A stretch of DNA of 64,000 nt, from positions 8,310,001-8,374,000 of the forward strand of contig OZ076409.1 of NCBI GenBank assembly GCA_964187785.1. Direction: 5' to 3'. Under the pieces are notes generated by a model, which had not been told where the DNA came from, searched no databases, and was given only the letters and a program-made list of their open reading frames with translations. This DNA comes from Amphiscolops sp. MND2022 (taxonomy: Eukaryota). Position numbers and translations under genes: made by a program. Position 1 is the first letter of the stretch, and each line of letters opens with the position of its first letter. Shown piece after piece: positions 13,206-24,582 of this stretch.

Positions 13206-14258
13206 TGCAGAAATCTGCCCAAAATTGAGAAAATAACAAAAGTGTTCTTTCTGCACCTGAGATTTCACTTGATGTGCCAATTAAAATTGAAAGTGAGACC
13301 AAAAAAGCTATTTTAATTGGTAGATGACCACGCTCAGCACATAGGGGGCGTTTTCTTAATCACAATACTAAAGCTCATTTGCTGAAAATGATACGAAAAC
13401 GAGACTCATTGATTACTTAATTCCAAAGTCTCTTGGCTTGTAAAATTTAAACAAAAATTTGGTAACTGATACTAATAATGGGTCATCAAATCATCGGATT
13501 TTTATTACCAAAGCCCTGGTTCCAGAGTAAAAGCGGCAAAATCATGAAGCGTTCTGAAAAAGTAATATATGAAAAGAACGTTTCTTTTTCTAAAATACTT
13601 ATTTAGAATTAATTTGGACTCGATAAATTTGATATTTTGACATTTTCGTTAGTTTTGAGAACCTTGACTGTCACAAAAATTCGTCACATTATTGTTTTCA
13701 AATCTTCCTGAGCCTTGTTCAATTGAGCTTTCAATCTAACAAAATTTCGACTTTTTTCAATTTTCGACTTAATTTTTTTTGAGTTACTTCGAAAGGTATT
13801 AAATTATGTTTACAGAATGCGTGATTCACGAGATGAATTCTTCATGAATTAGACATGTTTCAGCACAGTTGAAAGCAATAATTAGTCCCTCAATAGGTGC
13901 CTTCGATTTCGAATTCATTAGAACACCTTCTCAATTATTATTCAAACTTGCTACTAGTGATTGTCGAACATACATACTCAGTACCATCAGAGTTGTTACA
14001 TTGAACCGAATTGTCGTTTATCATGATTGATTAAAAAACATCCGTCATTCAGATTCGACATTGATAAATTGTAGCTTGATTGATGATCGTTTCGGATGAC
14101 CTAATTTTGGACAGAAAAGTCAACCGTATAGACTTAAGTTAAGACCCCGTCAGGCAGAGTTTTGACACCGCTAATCAGCCATTTAGCGAATTAGTGGTCA
14201 GGTATCTGGATTTACATCAATTACAGTACAGAAACCTAAAACAACGAAGCTTAGAGCC

Positions 14259-14615
14259 AGAGTTTTGACACCGCTAATCAACGATCTGCCGAATTAGCGG
14301 CCGCGCTGAATTTTTCAGCGGTTTTACTAGCGATTCAAATTAGCGTCAACTATTAGATTGTTGTCGAAATTCAATATATGATAATTTCATTATGAATTTT
14401 GAAAAATTCCAACTCTTTACTCTTTTAAGACCCACACAGCATGGAAATTATAGTATTTTTTCTTGCAAAAACTGAATTGAGCTATCGTTTATTTTTAAAA
14501 TATACTTGAAATCAAACATTTAATAGTTTGAAAAAGTTTTTCAGCGAAATAGCGGTTTTGAAATTAGCGGTTTATTGGCCATAAGCGAAAAAAAATAGCA
14601 ATGTCGAAACCATGC
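14259..14615. mobile_element. MITE-like element with short TIRs; related copies at ~4070-4290, ~11035-11371 and ~12065-12401
   Basis: Imperfect inverted ends CAGAGTTTTGACA...TGTCGAAACCATG. The shared internal sequence includes GGCCGC, CCCACACAG(T/C)AT and CAGCGAAATAG. Confidence 0.55.
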
Positions 14616-15818
14616 TTAGAGCAATATTTTAAAGTTTCAAGACTTGTTATTCTTGATCTGTTGTTTCAGCCGAATTTGAATTGGTTTAATGGACTAAATG
14701 AATTATGTAAGATCCGGCTTTGACCGCAAATGATGTTTCGATGCCATTTTATAAGGGCGCTCAATTCTATAGTGTATTCCAAACAAGGGATATCCTTGTT
14801 TTGTATTGATTAACAATACCTTCAAAAGCATTCAAGTTTGTTTCAAAAAACATCTGCACAATGCCATATCCTTTTGGAACATCAAAGTCCTGATGCCTTT
14901 TTGCATCATATACCAACCATTTTGAACCAACCGAAGACCCGCTCCTAATATTCTTTCATCGCCAGCGGGCGGAAACTTCCTGTATTTTTCCTATTGGTCG
15001 AAATCAAAACTTGCAGTTATAGAGAACTAATTCTTTGGCAACTTTCGAGATATGATTAAAGAAAGCTCAGATATAATAAATTGGGCAAATAACCCAATGT
15101 GCAAATAAAGTAGCGTACCCTCTGAGATAATTTAGGGGCAAAGTTCCAAGTTGAAATCTTTTTACGGCGCTTCATGAAGTGAAACGCGATTAAACTAGTG
15201 TTTTTAGCCGGCGTTTCATGAAGTGAAACGCGACTATTATAGTGACTTTTTTTTCAATCCACACGAACTGACCAAAATAGTTCTACAAAAGTTCTACGAA
15301 ATATTATGATGTCAAATTGAACCATTTAGCCTAGCGAACTGAACCAAAAAGGTTATTCCTGTTTTTCCGCGTAACATACAATACCGAGAGAGACTAAAGG
15401 TTCCCGACTTTCAGTTTTTTCGACATTGTGCGACTTTTTTCTAAAAAAATTCCCCAAAAGGTCCCGGCTTGTTTTTTTTTCAGAAAGTGCCGACTGAAAA
15501 TGAATTGGAAGACAAACTTACACATGCTGTAAGGAACCCAATTGCAAACATCATAACCCATGTTGTGAAAGCGTGGAACATTCTGTTCCAATGTATTTGC
15601 GTTTTGGGCCAATACATTGTGATATTTATTCAAGGATGGCAAATTTCAGCAAAAATATATAGTTTTAATCGTATAAGCGAAACGAATACGCCAGCAACAA
15701 ACAAATATTATCTATTTAAAAAATAATATTTAAATGCAATATTTCACATCCCTGCATGGTCAAGTTTCGTCCTATGTCATCCCAAACGATACAAAAGCAT
15801 GAAGGAAACGGTGGATTC

Positions 15819-16243
15819 CCAAATAACATAAGAGCAAATAACAAAAACTAAAATAGTTTCAAATGACAAAAATGAAATGAGTTTCACTAAACATAAAAAT
15901 AACATTGTTTTCGTGAAAATTTAAGTGGTAAAAAGTATTCACAAATCGGAAGATTCACTGAAAAAAGCATGAAAATTCCAAATAAAATTTCGTGAGTTCG
16001 ATTGATTAACCGGGTATTCGGTTTTATTTTTATGTTATATAACATGAAATTAAAACCGAATACCCGGTTAATCAATCGAACGCACAAAATTTTATCTGTA
16101 ATTTTCATGCTTTTTTCAGTGCAAAACGAAATTATTCCCATTTAACATAAAAATGAAATTACTTTCATATATATGAAAATAATTTCATTTTTATGTTAAA
16201 TGGGACTAGTTTCGTTTTTGTTATTTGCCCTTATGTTATTTGG
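15819..16243. repeat. Foldback / long inverted repeat (~425 bp)
   Basis: Outer arms are CCAAATAACATAAGAGCAAATAACAAAAAC / GTTTTTGTTATTTGCCCTTATGTTATTTGG. Inner arms are TTCGATTGATTAACCGGGTATTCGGTTTTA / TAAAACCGAATACCCGGTTAATCAATCGAA, centred near 16038. Confidence 0.85.
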
Positions 16244-17032
16244 TACGTAATCACGGAAACATAGGATGATCAATTTCGAGAACAGAAAGTTCTAGGCTTT
16301 GAGGAGATAGATAGAGTGAACCTTCGGTTCTTCAACCTACAGACGGGCGCTTTTGCTTGTTTTTCTTGGTTTGTCAAACGTTGCTTCTGTCGCTTCAGTT
16401 CTTACAAGTTGAACTTTGTCGCATTTAACAAACAAAGAATGGTTCGTTGTCTGTCCTCTTGTGTGAGTACATTGTGCAAACTCCTTAAAACCGAAGCAGA
16501 AGAGAGATAAGTAAACTTTGAAGCAGCTGGCGTTGTTTACATGCGCAAACCATTAGAAACAGTTGTTTCTCTTTCTCCTTTTAATCACCACCTATTTTGA
16601 TCAGAACGCTTCATTCAAACATCCACGTATAAACAAATAATGGATCGATTTGGTTCATTTCCAACCATTCGGATTGTCGCTCAATAATTCAAATCGATTT
16701 TCTGTACTGTGGAATAAAAGCTTTTGAAAATGAGTGAATTCAAAACTTAAAACTTGCCAACACCAAAACTATGCTTGATAACGGAATACGGTAATACCGT
16801 ATTTCTTCAAATACTGGCCGCGGCTTGTAAGTTTTTTTCCGCAGTCGAAGAAATATGGTAAGCTATCCCGGGTTTCCCTCCCATACAAAAACAGGTCAAT
16901 CAAACTCTGGGACCATGTGATCTATTTTCCCCCCAGGTACACCTTGTTAGGAATTCCCCCCCCCCAAAAAAAACGAAAACGGCTTTTTCACAAGTATACT
17001 AATTATTGAATGAATAACACAAGTTGATATGC

Positions 17033-17329
17033 TTACAAATAAATGTAAATTTGTATGTAAATTAAATGTAACCATTTTGATAACTGAATATTGCTTTGGG
17101 CGAAAAAACTTCCCGTGCGAATAGAAAAAATACTTTTGAATTTCGCACAATTTCCATTTTGACACTTCCAGCCAAAACCATCTTTGACTTTTTTAAATCT
17201 TGTCCAAAACAGACAATTTTTGCAGATGGGACAATTTAAACTTCGTGGCAAAAGACCCAAATTTTTTAAATGCTGAATGCAAAGTTCGTAGTTTTGTAAA
17301 TATGGAAGTATGTCCGTTTGGAAGCACAT
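17033..17329 (-). pseudogene. Merlin/ISXO2-like transposase N-terminal zinc-ribbon fragment
   Basis: LKNLGLLPRSLNCPICK...DGFGWKCQNGNC...FSIRTGSFFAQSNIQLSKWLHLIY matches the GLL...C..C...W.C....C...SIR.GSFF..S pattern of Merlin transposases. The DDE core is absent. Confidence 0.75.
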
Positions 17330-17374
17330 TTCAAAGAATAATGATCGATTTTAACTGTCAATCAATGTAAAAGA

Positions 17375-17555
17375 TTTAATCTTGATAGTTTTTTACTGTG
17401 TGGGTTTATCCACCATTATATCAAGGAATTATTAAGTGTTGTTTCTGCTTTTAATTTTAGCAGTTTAAATTATTGTATTTTGTTTTTTAGATTTACTGAT
17501 GATGACTTAAAGTCGAAAACGTTTTAATTAACATTGACTCTCTGACGTTTTCATT
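17375..17555 (+). repeat. PLE 5' direct terminal repeat (pseudo-LTR)
   Basis: It matches 20240-20420 with one visible mismatch (AATTAACATT vs AATTAGCATT). Confidence 0.92.
17490..17532 (+). ncRNA. Putative minimal type I hammerhead ribozyme in pLTR
   Basis: CTGATGA-T-GAC(TTAAA)GTC-GAAA-ACGTTTT gives the conserved core, a 3-bp stem II and a palindromic stem III. Stem I is weak. Confidence 0.65.
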
Positions 17556-17565
17556 CTACTCGTCA

Positions 17566-20193
17566 ATGTATTATCCGTATGTACTTTTCAAGAAGAGATT
17601 GGAAGAACAAAATTTGTGGGGAAATTACATCGCCTACATACGGAAGCTTTTCAAAATATCGGCAGCTAGACTGAGAATCCGCTTCCTGAATCAGTGCCTG
17701 CAGAATGATGTTATACCGAGGTTCCTCAAGTTTCGGGTCCCAGATAATGGCTGCTTTGAGAGTACTATTGTCCACAATTTCCAGCGAAGATTATTGCGGC
17801 GGGAACTAGCACAGGCTAGGAAAGTACTAGCTCAACATGAGAATGAACTCGGTGATGTGCGTAAAACGCTTTGTGGCCTCTACGAGAATTTGCTCGTTTC
17901 ATTGGGTTGGTACGCGCGTCATGCAGTTCGAGAGAGCCATTCGCGTATTGCAGCCAGACAGAGCAAGAAGCTCCGCGATTTGGCTTTGCAGCAGGAGAAA
18001 CCACTCCGATCTAACGAACGGACGGTGGTCGTGCTGGATGAAGTGAAATTGCCTGAATTTTGCCTCGACGTCCTCTCGCTAGGACCAAAACATCCGGTTA
18101 AGGACAAACTGAACGAGATGTCCTTTCTAGCGGATTTTGACGGCTGCTTGAACGACCTGAGAAATGTCGGTTCGGAAACATTGAATGGACTTAATGCCAC
18201 GGCCACGTGGTATCTGAAACAAAGTAAAAGGCTCAAAACAGACCGCTCGGTGGTCAAAGTCAGAAGATTCCTTAAAGAGCAGGGCCTCAAAGCGGTCCCT
18301 TTTGACAAAGGAACAGGTTTTTGCGTTATGAAGGAGGCAGACTATTTTGGGAAACTGACCAAACTGATGAATTGTGCCCAGTTTGAGAAAGTAGATGCCT
18401 CACGCAATATATGTCAAGGGACAGAACTGAGCCTCAACAAGAAACTACTGGGTCTCATGAAAGCAAAGAAGATCAGCCAACAATTTTACGAGAAATGCAG
18501 AAGTACAGGCGCGCAGCCAGCAAGGCTTTATGGGCTGGCCAAGGTACACAAAGCCAATGTTCCACTCCGCCCAGTACTGTCTCTGCCCGGTAGCTGCTAC
18601 GAGAACCTAACGAATCACCTAGCAGTGTTTCTGGAGAACCTGGAAGAAGCAAAGATTCAAACGTCAAGCAGGGATATACGCGATGCTGTCCAGGAACTCA
18701 CACTGAACGAGGATGAGGTTCTCATTTCATTGGATGTGAAGAGCTTATACACGAACGTCCCTGTGAGCGAATCCATATCTCTTGCCGCGGACCTTGCTTA
18801 TCGCCACCGGGAGATGCCGTTCGATAAGCAGACGTTTATCGACCTTCTTCGCCTGGCTCTAATTGATGTACTTTTCCAGGTGGGCAACTCTTGGTACAGG
18901 CAAGTTGATGGCCTGGCAATGGGCTCCAAGCTTGCTGTCTATTTGGCAAACATTTGGATGTCGCAGTTCGAATCAAGGTTGGGTGGCAAAAGGAATGCGG
19001 AATGTGGTGAGGACGACAAGTCGCCAGTTAATGTAACTGATGTGAAAAATCCGTGTGGAATTTGCACTAAGACAGTGAACAGAGGCTATGCGGTACAGTG
19101 CAGTAGATGTGGTTTTTGGTACCACCGGGTTTGCATTGGCTACACCACATCCCAAATACGAGCTTTGAAACCCGGATCGTGGCATTGTGGGTGTCGATGG
19201 AAGATAACGCCATCCGCGAGAGACGAATCGAAGCTCTTCTTCCGTTATATGGACGACATCATCAGCATATGCCATCGTGATCAAACAGAACATCTCTTAG
19301 AGGAAGTTAATTGTATCCATCGAAACCTGTCTTTCACAATTGAGGTGGAAGAGAATGGAAAGATCCCGTTCCTTGATATGATGTTAATACGTCAAGGGCC
19401 GAGGGTTTCGACGGCATGGTTCAGGAAACCCACGGATACAAACACTTGTCTCAATTACTATGCCTGCGCCCCCACCCGATATAAACGCAATACAGTGGAG
19501 GGAACGGTACACCGGATTTTTAACTGCACTTCAAGTTGGAAGCTGTTTCATGAAGGTTTGTCAGAAGCTAAGTGGATCTGGGAAGATAACCAGTACCCAC
19601 CTTCGTTTTACCAGCCGATTGTAAATGAGGCTCTCAATTTCATTATTACGGGAAAGAGGTCTCGCGGAAAAGCAGCTTCGGATGCGGAGGGGGCTACGGA
19701 AGATAGACCGAAGTCTGTGGAATCCACCCTGTGCCCGAGTCGGGACAGGTCACTTCTGTTGATGCAGTATCATGGAAAAATCTCCGATTGTTTTAGTAGA
19801 CGAATAAGAACCATTTGTCCTCGAATAAATGTTGTTTTTGTCACCAGGAAATTGAAGACATTCATGCCATCGCTAAAAGGTAAGATTCCAGACGAGCTGA
19901 AAAGTCGGGTCATTTATGAGATTACTAGTCCAGGCTGTAAGGCCTGCTATGTCGGCATGACCAGCCGACATCTGTGTACCCGACTGGAAGAACACCGAAA
20001 GGAATCTGCACCGGTAGCGCAACATTTGAAGTCGTGTGGAGTCTCAGATTTTGGTGCAAAGATTATAGACTCGTGTTTTAACGTGGTCAAGTTAGCGACA
20101 CTTGAGTCTCTCTACATTGAGAAACAGAAACCCTCTATCAACATCCGGGAGGAGTACAGGCAGCGCCCGCTGTCCATCAAGCTGATCCAATAA
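17566..20193 (+). CDS. Penelope-like reverse transcriptase / GIY-YIG endonuclease (875 aa) with internal PHD finger
   Basis: RT motifs are LYGLAKVHK..PLRP, SLDVKSLYTNVP, GLAMGS, RYMDD and PFLD. The C-terminal GIY-YIG reads VIYEI...YVGMTSRHL.TRLEEH...LESLYI...KPSIN. Confidence 0.95.
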   Translation: MYYPYVLFKKRLEEQNLWGNYIAYIRKLFKISAARLRIRFLNQCLQNDVIPRFLKFRVPDNGCFESTIVHNFQRRLLRRELAQARKVLAQHENELGDVRKTLCGLYENLLVSLGWYARHAVRESHSRIAARQSKKLRDLALQQEKPLRSNERTVVVLDEVKLPEFCLDVLSLGPKHPVKDKLNEMSFLADFDGCLNDLRNVGSETLNGLNATATWYLKQSKRLKTDRSVVKVRRFLKEQGLKAVPFDKGTGFCVMKEADYFGKLTKLMNCAQFEKVDASRNICQGTELSLNKKLLGLMKAKKISQQFYEKCRSTGAQPARLYGLAKVHKANVPLRPVLSLPGSCYENLTNHLAVFLENLEEAKIQTSSRDIRDAVQELTLNEDEVLISLDVKSLYTNVPVSESISLAADLAYRHREMPFDKQTFIDLLRLALIDVLFQVGNSWYRQVDGLAMGSKLAVYLANIWMSQFESRLGGKRNAECGEDDKSPVNVTDVKNPCGICTKTVNRGYAVQCSRCGFWYHRVCIGYTTSQIRALKPGSWHCGCRWKITPSARDESKLFFRYMDDIISICHRDQTEHLLEEVNCIHRNLSFTIEVEENGKIPFLDMMLIRQGPRVSTAWFRKPTDTNTCLNYYACAPTRYKRNTVEGTVHRIFNCTSSWKLFHEGLSEAKWIWEDNQYPPSFYQPIVNEALNFIITGKRSRGKAASDAEGATEDRPKSVESTLCPSRDRSLLLMQYHGKISDCFSRRIRTICPRINVVFVTRKLKTFMPSLKGKIPDELKSRVIYEITSPGCKACYVGMTSRHLCTRLEEHRKESAPVAQHLKSCGVSDFGAKIIDSCFNVVKLATLESLYIEKQKPSINIREEYRQRPLSIKLIQ

Positions 20194-20239
20194 GTTTTAA
20201 ATCTTCACCAATAGAGAAGACGGGGATTTTTGACAGTGT

Positions 20240-20420
20240 TTTAATCTTGATAGTTTTTTACTGTGTGGGTTTATCCACCATTATATCAAGGAATTATTAA
20301 GTGTTGTTTCTGCTTTTAATTTTAGCAGTTTAAATTATTGTATTTTGTTTTTTAGATTTACTGATGATGACTTAAAGTCGAAAACGTTTTAATTAGCATT
20401 GACTCTCTGACGTTTTCATT
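20240..20420 (+). repeat. PLE 3' direct terminal repeat (pseudo-LTR)
   Basis: Copy of 17375-17555. Confidence 0.92.
20355..20397 (+). ncRNA. Putative minimal hammerhead ribozyme, second copy
   Basis: CTGATGATGACTTAAAGTCGAAAACGTTTT starting at 20361. Confidence 0.65.
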
Positions 20421-20629
20421 TCGTAAAAGATATGATTATGTCGACATCAATTATTTTATTGGACTAAAATTTCAACGCAACGATGTCGACATAATGGTAT
20501 TTGACTATTTAAAATGTTATGTCGACATAATTAATTCGTTTAAAACTAGTATTTGAACCTACTGTATTTTTCCCCCGCCGCCACAGTTTGGGGGGAAATA
20601 GATCACATGGTCCAAACTTTGCCATCTTA

Positions 20630-20860
20630 CTCAGAGTATGATTCCATGCTGATCATACTCTGGACCATAAAGGTTTATGGTTCCAGGATGACCATGCTCT
20701 GGACGTATATGGTCCAGTCTATGATACGCCATGTTCCATAAAAAGCAAACTTTATAGTTCCAGCCTGACCATACTCTGGGCCATATATGGTTCAGTCTAT
20801 GATCAGCCTGGAACCATAAACATTTATGGCCCAGAGTATGATCAGCCTGGAGCCATAAAA
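20630..20860. repeat. Short tandem/inverted array of (TGATCATACTCTGGACCATA)-like units; related units at ~21295-21355
   Basis: ATCATACTCTGG / CCAGAGTATGAT units recur in both orientations. Confidence 0.6.
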
Positions 20861-21414
20861 AGAAAATTAGAATAATGTAGTCAATTAACGCATACACTGA
20901 TGAAATTACAAGATATTCGTCAACCAAAGGTCCAATACAATCACAAAACTGAACACAATGTCGCAAGCATCCATTTTTGGCAACTTTTACTGAATTATTG
21001 GTAATTTTTCTCGAAATAATCGAACAAAATCACACTGCAAATTGAGTACTGCTATAACAAAAGAGTTAGTTATTAACTAAGGTGTGAATGAGAACAAATT
21101 GAGTGACTATAGTTTGTCTTTAACTCCGATTAGAGCTTAACGGAGTTCTGACCTGCAATGTATCGTTCGCAGATACAAAAGGTCGAATGTGGCTCTATTG
21201 CCCTCAGCCTATAAAGCTGGCTGTTCTCAAAATTCGAAAATTTTTGTTTTGGGTTGCATATGCCACGTCAACCCGCGTTTGGAAAAAAAGTTTATGATTC
21301 CAAGCTGATCATACTCTGGACCATATATGATTCCAGGCCGATCATGGCAAGATCATAGTAAGAAAATTTGTATGATTTGTATCATTACGACGCATAACCC
21401 TACACTTTTTGAAA

Positions 21415-21740
21415 ACAGCGGAATCGACTGCTAACCGCAGGTAGGACCTACCAGACCTGGAATCCGCTGTTTTAAATGACGGATTTCTTCAAAGACACAC
21501 TTTATAACACGTGCAGCGGAATCCGCTCGCATTTTTTTCTGGATTCCGGGGACAAATCTCTTTACATTGAATTTTTAGTGCATGTCGGAGGCAAATCTTA
21601 TTAGCCGCGGATTCCACGATTTCGAGCTAACCGATGCAGCGGATTCCGCGGATTTGCCTTATCGTCAACTGGAAACGCGAGAATTAAACACTGCGGTATT
21701 GGTCCCTGAATTCCTCGCAGCGAATTCCGCTCTTTGCAGT
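21415..21740. repeat. GCGGAATCCGC-motif repeat / probable MITE
   Basis: Multiple GCGGAATCCGC / GCGGATTCCGC motifs within ~330 bp. Confidence 0.45.
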
Positions 21741-22544
21741 GTGCATGTTATAAGGCTTGGCCCAGGATTCCACTGCTCAAACGGCTCAACTTTGAGCCGC
21801 ACTAAAAGTGTAGGTATATGCGTCGTAATGATGGTGCCAGATTATGGTCAGATTATGATCGGCCTGGTCGGGAAACCCGGGATGGCTTTGAAGATGAAAT
21901 TTTCAGGCTTAATGTGGCTTCTAATCAGGGGCGACTTCTATTCGAAGAAATACGGTATGCATTTTGAATGAGTGATTTTGTTTCAAGGGAGACTTTTCAA
22001 GGTATTGATTTTATTTGGTCACCACTCATGGCCATTATAGTGACTAGTTTGTCCAGCGTTAAATTGAAAAAAGCTAATTTCTCAAATTTGTCTTTTTTAG
22101 ATTTCTTCAAAAATATTTCGCACTCGGCGGAAACATGACACGAACTTTTCTCCTGGACGTTTTCAATTTTCGTTGCGAAATAATGCCTTGGTTAGCATAA
22201 TGCCGGCTGGTTGAAGGAAGCATTAATTTTCATTCTCCTAATCAATTCAATCTTTCGTTCGGGCCAAATTTTAATGATACTGACTTCTTGGGAGTTCAAT
22301 GCGTTAATACCTAATTTTTATACCCTCTTCAATAATTTTGTGCCCTTGTTTCTTTTCGGTTTTCGATGCTGGTTAAAAATAGGGCGTTTCCATTCGTTTT
22401 AAAAAATCTGAAGAAAAATTTTAAATCATTAATACACTCTTGTTTGTAGCAACCGAACCAGTTTTAAGAATACTCTAGTTATAAGAGTTACAACAATTAT
22501 AAGAAAACTATGTTATTAATATTTATAAAACGGTAACGTAACAA

Positions 22545-22990
22545 GTCTTCGGACAAAATGTATGCGTATCTCTATTCTGCTCTCATCGCTGTATATCACT
22601 TTCTTCCAGTGAAACATCGTATTTTTTCTTTTCTGTTTGCACCATTTGAGACGAGTTGAAATCTGCATCTTGATCAAAAGAGGTTTTTTGGCACCACTTC
22701 TCTCGAAAAGCCCATATTTCAACAAAGTTCTTCTAATACTACTGACGTGATATTTGTATCTATCCATCTGCCCAGTCGTTTTTGAGCTTCTTAGATGTAA
22801 GTTTCGGACACATTACTGAGAGGCGTCCAAGAATATTTTTCGGTAGTTTCCGGTGCTCTGCCTGGCCGTTTTTGTGAGTTTTCAAAAATTTCGCATTTTT
22901 TTCCAATCGTATATATCTTCACAACTACGCGTACCAAAGAAACGAACTATAGCGCGTTTGAAAAGTCTGATATTAAAGTATGGTCACTAT
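22545..22990 (-). pseudogene. Tc1-like transposase 5' fragment
   Basis: VSSIRRTLLKYGL...AKKPLL......RLKWCKQ...WKKVIYSDESRI covers the Tc1 HTH region and the first catalytic D, then truncates. Confidence 0.8.
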
Positions 22991-24242
22991 CCGGCTGAAT
23001 TTCATACCCAGTTATCCAGTTATTCGAGATGGTACTAAAATTTACATCGGCATAAAAATTACAATGTCATAGACGGCGTGAAAAACGTTTTTAAATGAGG
23101 AACTAGCAACAATGAAAAAAAAACACTTATCTATTTTTGTGAACACGATGAACCGATTTTGAGTTCGGCAAATGATGAAGGAAACATTTTCGAAGACAGA
23201 AAATGAATTTTTCGATCACAATGTCAACTCAAGTAACCTCTCAGTATTGACTATTTCACCACATGAAGCTGTTAAACCCTAGATTGTTTATTTGCCATTC
23301 ACTGAACCGCTTTGAAAGTGTTATTTCACGAACCCTGTGGTGAATGATTCTAGTTATATCACACAGAATTCACAAATTTGGTGTTTATTTTCTGCTCGGT
23401 TTGCGGTTTACGCTGTTGAAGATCTCGAAAGAATCTTGCAAAACAGCAGCTTCACGGAGCCAGTAAATTGTGAAATCAGACTGAAATGAAATTTATTCGC
23501 GATTTCAATGTTTGTTGCTGAAACTTGGCATTAATTTAGTTATAACTAGAAAGTTAGTAACTAGAAAGTTACTTTAGGGCAATGGGAAGCCGACGGCGCT
23601 TGCATTTCATGTAAACAATCATCGGGTACAATTAACATGAACCGGAAATGCTCCGAGGGTTTGCAAGTTTTGGAATTCTTTTCCCAGAAACGGATATTGC
23701 TCAAACCCATTAGCGGTGGTGTGCTTTGATTTACGGCTAAACGCTTGGCAGAAAACCAGGCAAGTAAGAATTATTGTCCTGGCGGGTTTTTCATAGAGAG
23801 TTTTGTAAAATATGGCGTTAAACAGAAAAATAAACTGATAATCTTTCACAAAATGACCGCATGAATAAAGAGAAACAAACTTTGTTGGAGATAATGATCA
23901 ACCAAACAGGCGAACATGAAAAAATGCATGTTTTCACCATCGAAAAGAAAGATTACCGTTGGTTGGAAATGGAAATTTTATTCAAGTTGTCGACAATTGT
24001 GTCGAAAATGACATTGAAGGAACTCGTCAACATTTGATTCGATTTTAAAATTCTCTCCACCAATTCTAACTAATGCATAAATTGGAAGATTTTGGGAAAA
24101 ACGCGTCAAATAAATACATGAAAATTAGTTGAAAATAGTTTAATAACTTTCCACAATTTACCAAACGGAATAATCCAATTCCAAAAAAAATTTTCATAAA
24201 AGCCACCAAACTTTAATGTAACACAGTCAGGGTTGGCTGAAA

Positions 24243-24582
24243 ACAAGACTGGAACGTCTCAAGTCGGCGCTATATCCAAGGCTCAAATAAAATCGAAGGG
24301 GGAACCTTTGGAGAGAAAAAAATTAGAGAAAAAGTCGCACAGTGCCCACAAAAATTGAAAGGGGGGACCGTTTACACTCATCCGGTTTTGTAGGCTACGT
24401 TTAAAAAGTAAAAAAACCAAAGGGGGGACCCTTTGGAATAACTTAGATGCGTTTCCCGGGTATTCGTTTAGTTTCCTTTAGTTGAACATTAACGTTCGTC
24501 GCTTCGAGTCTGTCTTAAAAAAGAAAAAAACGAGTGACTGTAATAGTCGGGCTCTTTTATTAATAAAAGCGCCGACTAAAAA
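24243..24582 (+). repeat. Repeat family A copy
   Basis: ACAAGACTGGAACGTCTCAAGTCGGCGCTATATC ... GACTGTAATAGTCGGGCTCTTTTATTAATAAAAGCGCCGACTAAAAA. Confidence 0.8.

Larger units (their letters stand above)
17375..20422 (+). mobile_element. Penelope-like retroelement (PLE), apparently intact
   Basis: A single RT+GIY-YIG ORF is bounded by 181-bp direct repeats. GTAAAAGA flanks both sides (17367-17374 and 20423-20430), a probable TSD. Confidence 0.92.
16910..20613 (-). mobile_element. Internally deleted Merlin (IS1595-like) DNA transposon, split by a Penelope insertion
   Basis: TIRs are GGACCATGTGATCTATTTTCCCCC (16910) and GGGGGAAATAGATCACATGGTCC (ends 20613). The flanking 8-mers are AAACTCTG and AAACTTTG (TSD, 1 mismatch). 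A transposase N-terminal fragment lies inside. Confidence 0.8.

Noticed and set aside
1..16900. Many 60-115 aa ORFs
   Set aside because: Low-complexity K/F-rich translations of AT-rich repeats. No host protein or exon structure is recognisable, apart from the IS630/Tc1 fossil.
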